Shown here: positions 61,745 to 64,000 of the stretch, in pieces
Layout of the letters: every line of letters starts with the position of its first letter
Numbering within the stretch: the stretch's first letter is position 1
Assembly (NCBI RefSeq): GCF_036588685.1
Contig: NC_086375.1
Coordinates: 52,762,001 to 52,826,000, forward strand
Reading direction: 5' to 3'
Origin: Mytilus trossulus
Lineage: Eukaryota
Length of the DNA: 64,000 nt
Program-made: the position numbers and the translations under genes
The notes under the pieces: model-generated
Told to the model about the DNA's origin: nothing
Seen by the model: the letters and a program-made list of their open reading frames with translations, nothing else
The model's database searches: none

Positions 61745-64000
61745 TAAATAAATTTCTATCAAAAATAAGGCTCAAAGAACTTTTTATATTATTTATATTA
61801 ACAATAACAACCGTACACACATGTTGGCGTATGAATACACAACGTCAGAGTGGGCGTGTCGCCATCAAAATTGACAACATTGAAAATAAAACTAATAATT
61901 TTAGCCAATCAGAAGACAGTAAAAACACATCATTTATTTATTAAAGATTGAACAAATCTGGCAATCATATTGTTATCTAATGTCCCTTTAAGTGGTGGAA
62001 TACAATTTCATGTTTAAAAATGTTATTTGTCCGGTTAAAAAAAGCAAGGATTTGTATAGTGAGATACAAATCCTTGAAAAAAGGTAGGAAAATTATTATG
62101 TCTGAAGCTGTGAAACTGAAATATAAACTGGACCCCTTTTGTATTCATGGTGTTCGAGTGCGAAGCTGAAAATGGTCATAGATGGAATGGCGGACCAGTT
62201 TAACTGAAATATAGACCATTTGTTCTCAAAGAGTATCAATGCAGTGTACACACTTTTTTTAAAGAGTAGGTGCGGGTTTTTTTTCAATTTGAATTTGTTG
62301 TATAAAAGAAATCCCATACGAAAGATCTGTGTTGGGGCCATTTATTTTCGGGTCGAGTTGTCTTGAACAAAGGGCACCTGTTCTTTAAAGCTTCTTTCTG
62401 ATGGAGATCATGCGTAACATAGATTCAGACTTTTCATAGAAACACCAAACAATATTAGGTAAAAAAATGTTTTTGATTTCTTATTATATATTTGTACATA
62501 TTTAAGATTAACAACGATTGCATTTTGTTTATGGTTCCATTATTCAAGTCTTTTATAAGATCTAGATTGCACCTATGTAAAAAAAATTGTACACAACGCT
62601 TAACGGTTTGTTTATTTTTTGCCTGATCCTGATCCTAAGGTCAATATTTAGTTTGACACAACTAGTTGGCTGTTAAATCAGAGTTTTCTTCTATCAGTCC
62701 TATTACAATTTCTTTGTTTTGGGCAGTTTCTTCTGCAGTTCTGTGTTTGGAGCTTCCCAATCGGCTCTGGTAACTTGACCCTCCCTTTACTTTAGCATAA
62801 AATCTGCTCCTGCCTTGTACATGTATGTGGACTCTGACTCTGCAAGATCAATATCTTCTTTTGTTGTTTTTGTCATATGTATCATTGTTGGTAATATACT
62901 CCTCCATCTGTTGTTTGATTGCTTTGGCTATTTTTTTAAAAACTGGAATCCGCTTGTATTCGCTTCACTCAAACAACTGCCCCGGTATGACACAATTTTT
63001 TAGGGCAAAATTTTGCCCTGGAGATTTTAACGAGATTGGACAATACTTTTTTACTTAGCAACGTAGTCGGTACAACATCAGAACATGTAAACAAACAGAA
63101 CAATTTGGTTTCTTTTGCATAGAACATACCTGTCAACTGACCCGTATTCTGCGGGTGTGACCCGAGATTTTCACAATTCTGAGGGATCACCCGGGACACC
63201 CGCCGGGTCATTCAAATCACCCGGGAATTCCGAAAATGACCCTCGAGTTTGATTTCATAAGTAATATTCCTTTGAAATACCAGCAATTTCGTAATTATTC
63301 CATGAACAGGAAGTTCATCTAGCTACGTAAACTGTCAAATTAAGTGACCCATTAAGTGCATGGCTTCACTTGACAGCTTTGGTGTCAAACACACTGTTAA
63401 TTAACACCAATTTACCTTAGCTTTAGGTCGTAAATAAATTGCACTTGGTTTACAAATAAAGGCAACAGTACGTAGTATACCGCTGTTCAAAACTCATAAA
63501 TCCATGGACAAAAAACAAAATCGGGGCAACAAACCAAAACCGAGGGAAACGCATTAAATATAAGAGGAGAACAACGACACAACACCGAAACGCAACAGCA
63601 CACAGAAACGGAATACAAACATATTTCAAATAGAGTTAGAGTTACAATGTACTTCCCCTTATTTGTCACCATTCAAAATTTTTCCTTATATTTATGTTTT
63701 ATGGGTGAAAAAGGTTAAATCATAATAAATATAAAATTCAAATACATACATGTATTGAAAAATAACTTTCCATTATTTTAATACCTTAATACAATTTTGA
63801 AAAAAAAAGTTGAAAATTATTTTTTACATTTACACTGCTTTTAACTGTACTAATTACTACATTTTATGATACTCTAATTTCCTATTCTAATCATCATACA
63901 TCATCACCAGTCACTTCTCAGTCATTACAGCTGAACGGACGTGCTGGGCCAGCTCTCCTTTACCCGCTATCTTCGATGAGGGTTTACTGTTAGATGTTCA

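Noticed and set aside
62660-62990. Coding-like minus-strand stretch (…YKAGADFMLK*REGQVTRADWE…)
   Set aside because: Contains stops, no recognisable domain and no clear splice sites; cannot be assigned without a search.
63900-64000. Possible terminal exon of a neighbouring minus-strand gene
   Set aside because: Cut by the window edge, with stops in all three frames within about 30 codons.

Overview
AT-rich, intron-containing animal genomic DNA. The repeat families look like those of a bivalve mollusc, probably a mytilid mussel (inference). The window holds one single-exon orphan class A GPCR (+ strand, 2317-3420). Converging on it is a tandem cluster of three apparently intact minus-strand paralogues. 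I rebuilt each from 7 coding exons with GT-AG junctions and identical intron phases (1,1,2,1,1,1). Each encodes signal peptide, Ig, Ig, TM and a divergent TIR domain, i.e. interleukin-1-receptor-like proteins of about 491, 480 and 477 aa. Introns and spacers are rich in mobile DNA. There are two decayed Naiad-type Penelope-like retroelements with a SECIS-like hairpin after the stop codon and an in-frame TGA at a Cys position (candidate selenoprotein retrotransposon). There is also a young gag-only LTR element nested in a tRNA-derived SINE, Helentron-like non-autonomous elements, MITEs, a CR1/L2-type LINE fragment and dispersed repeats carrying minimal hammerhead ribozymes. Two intact hammerheads lie in sense orientation just before the same exon in two of the receptor paralogues. 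All gene models and RNA folds were made by eye and are not supported by transcript data.
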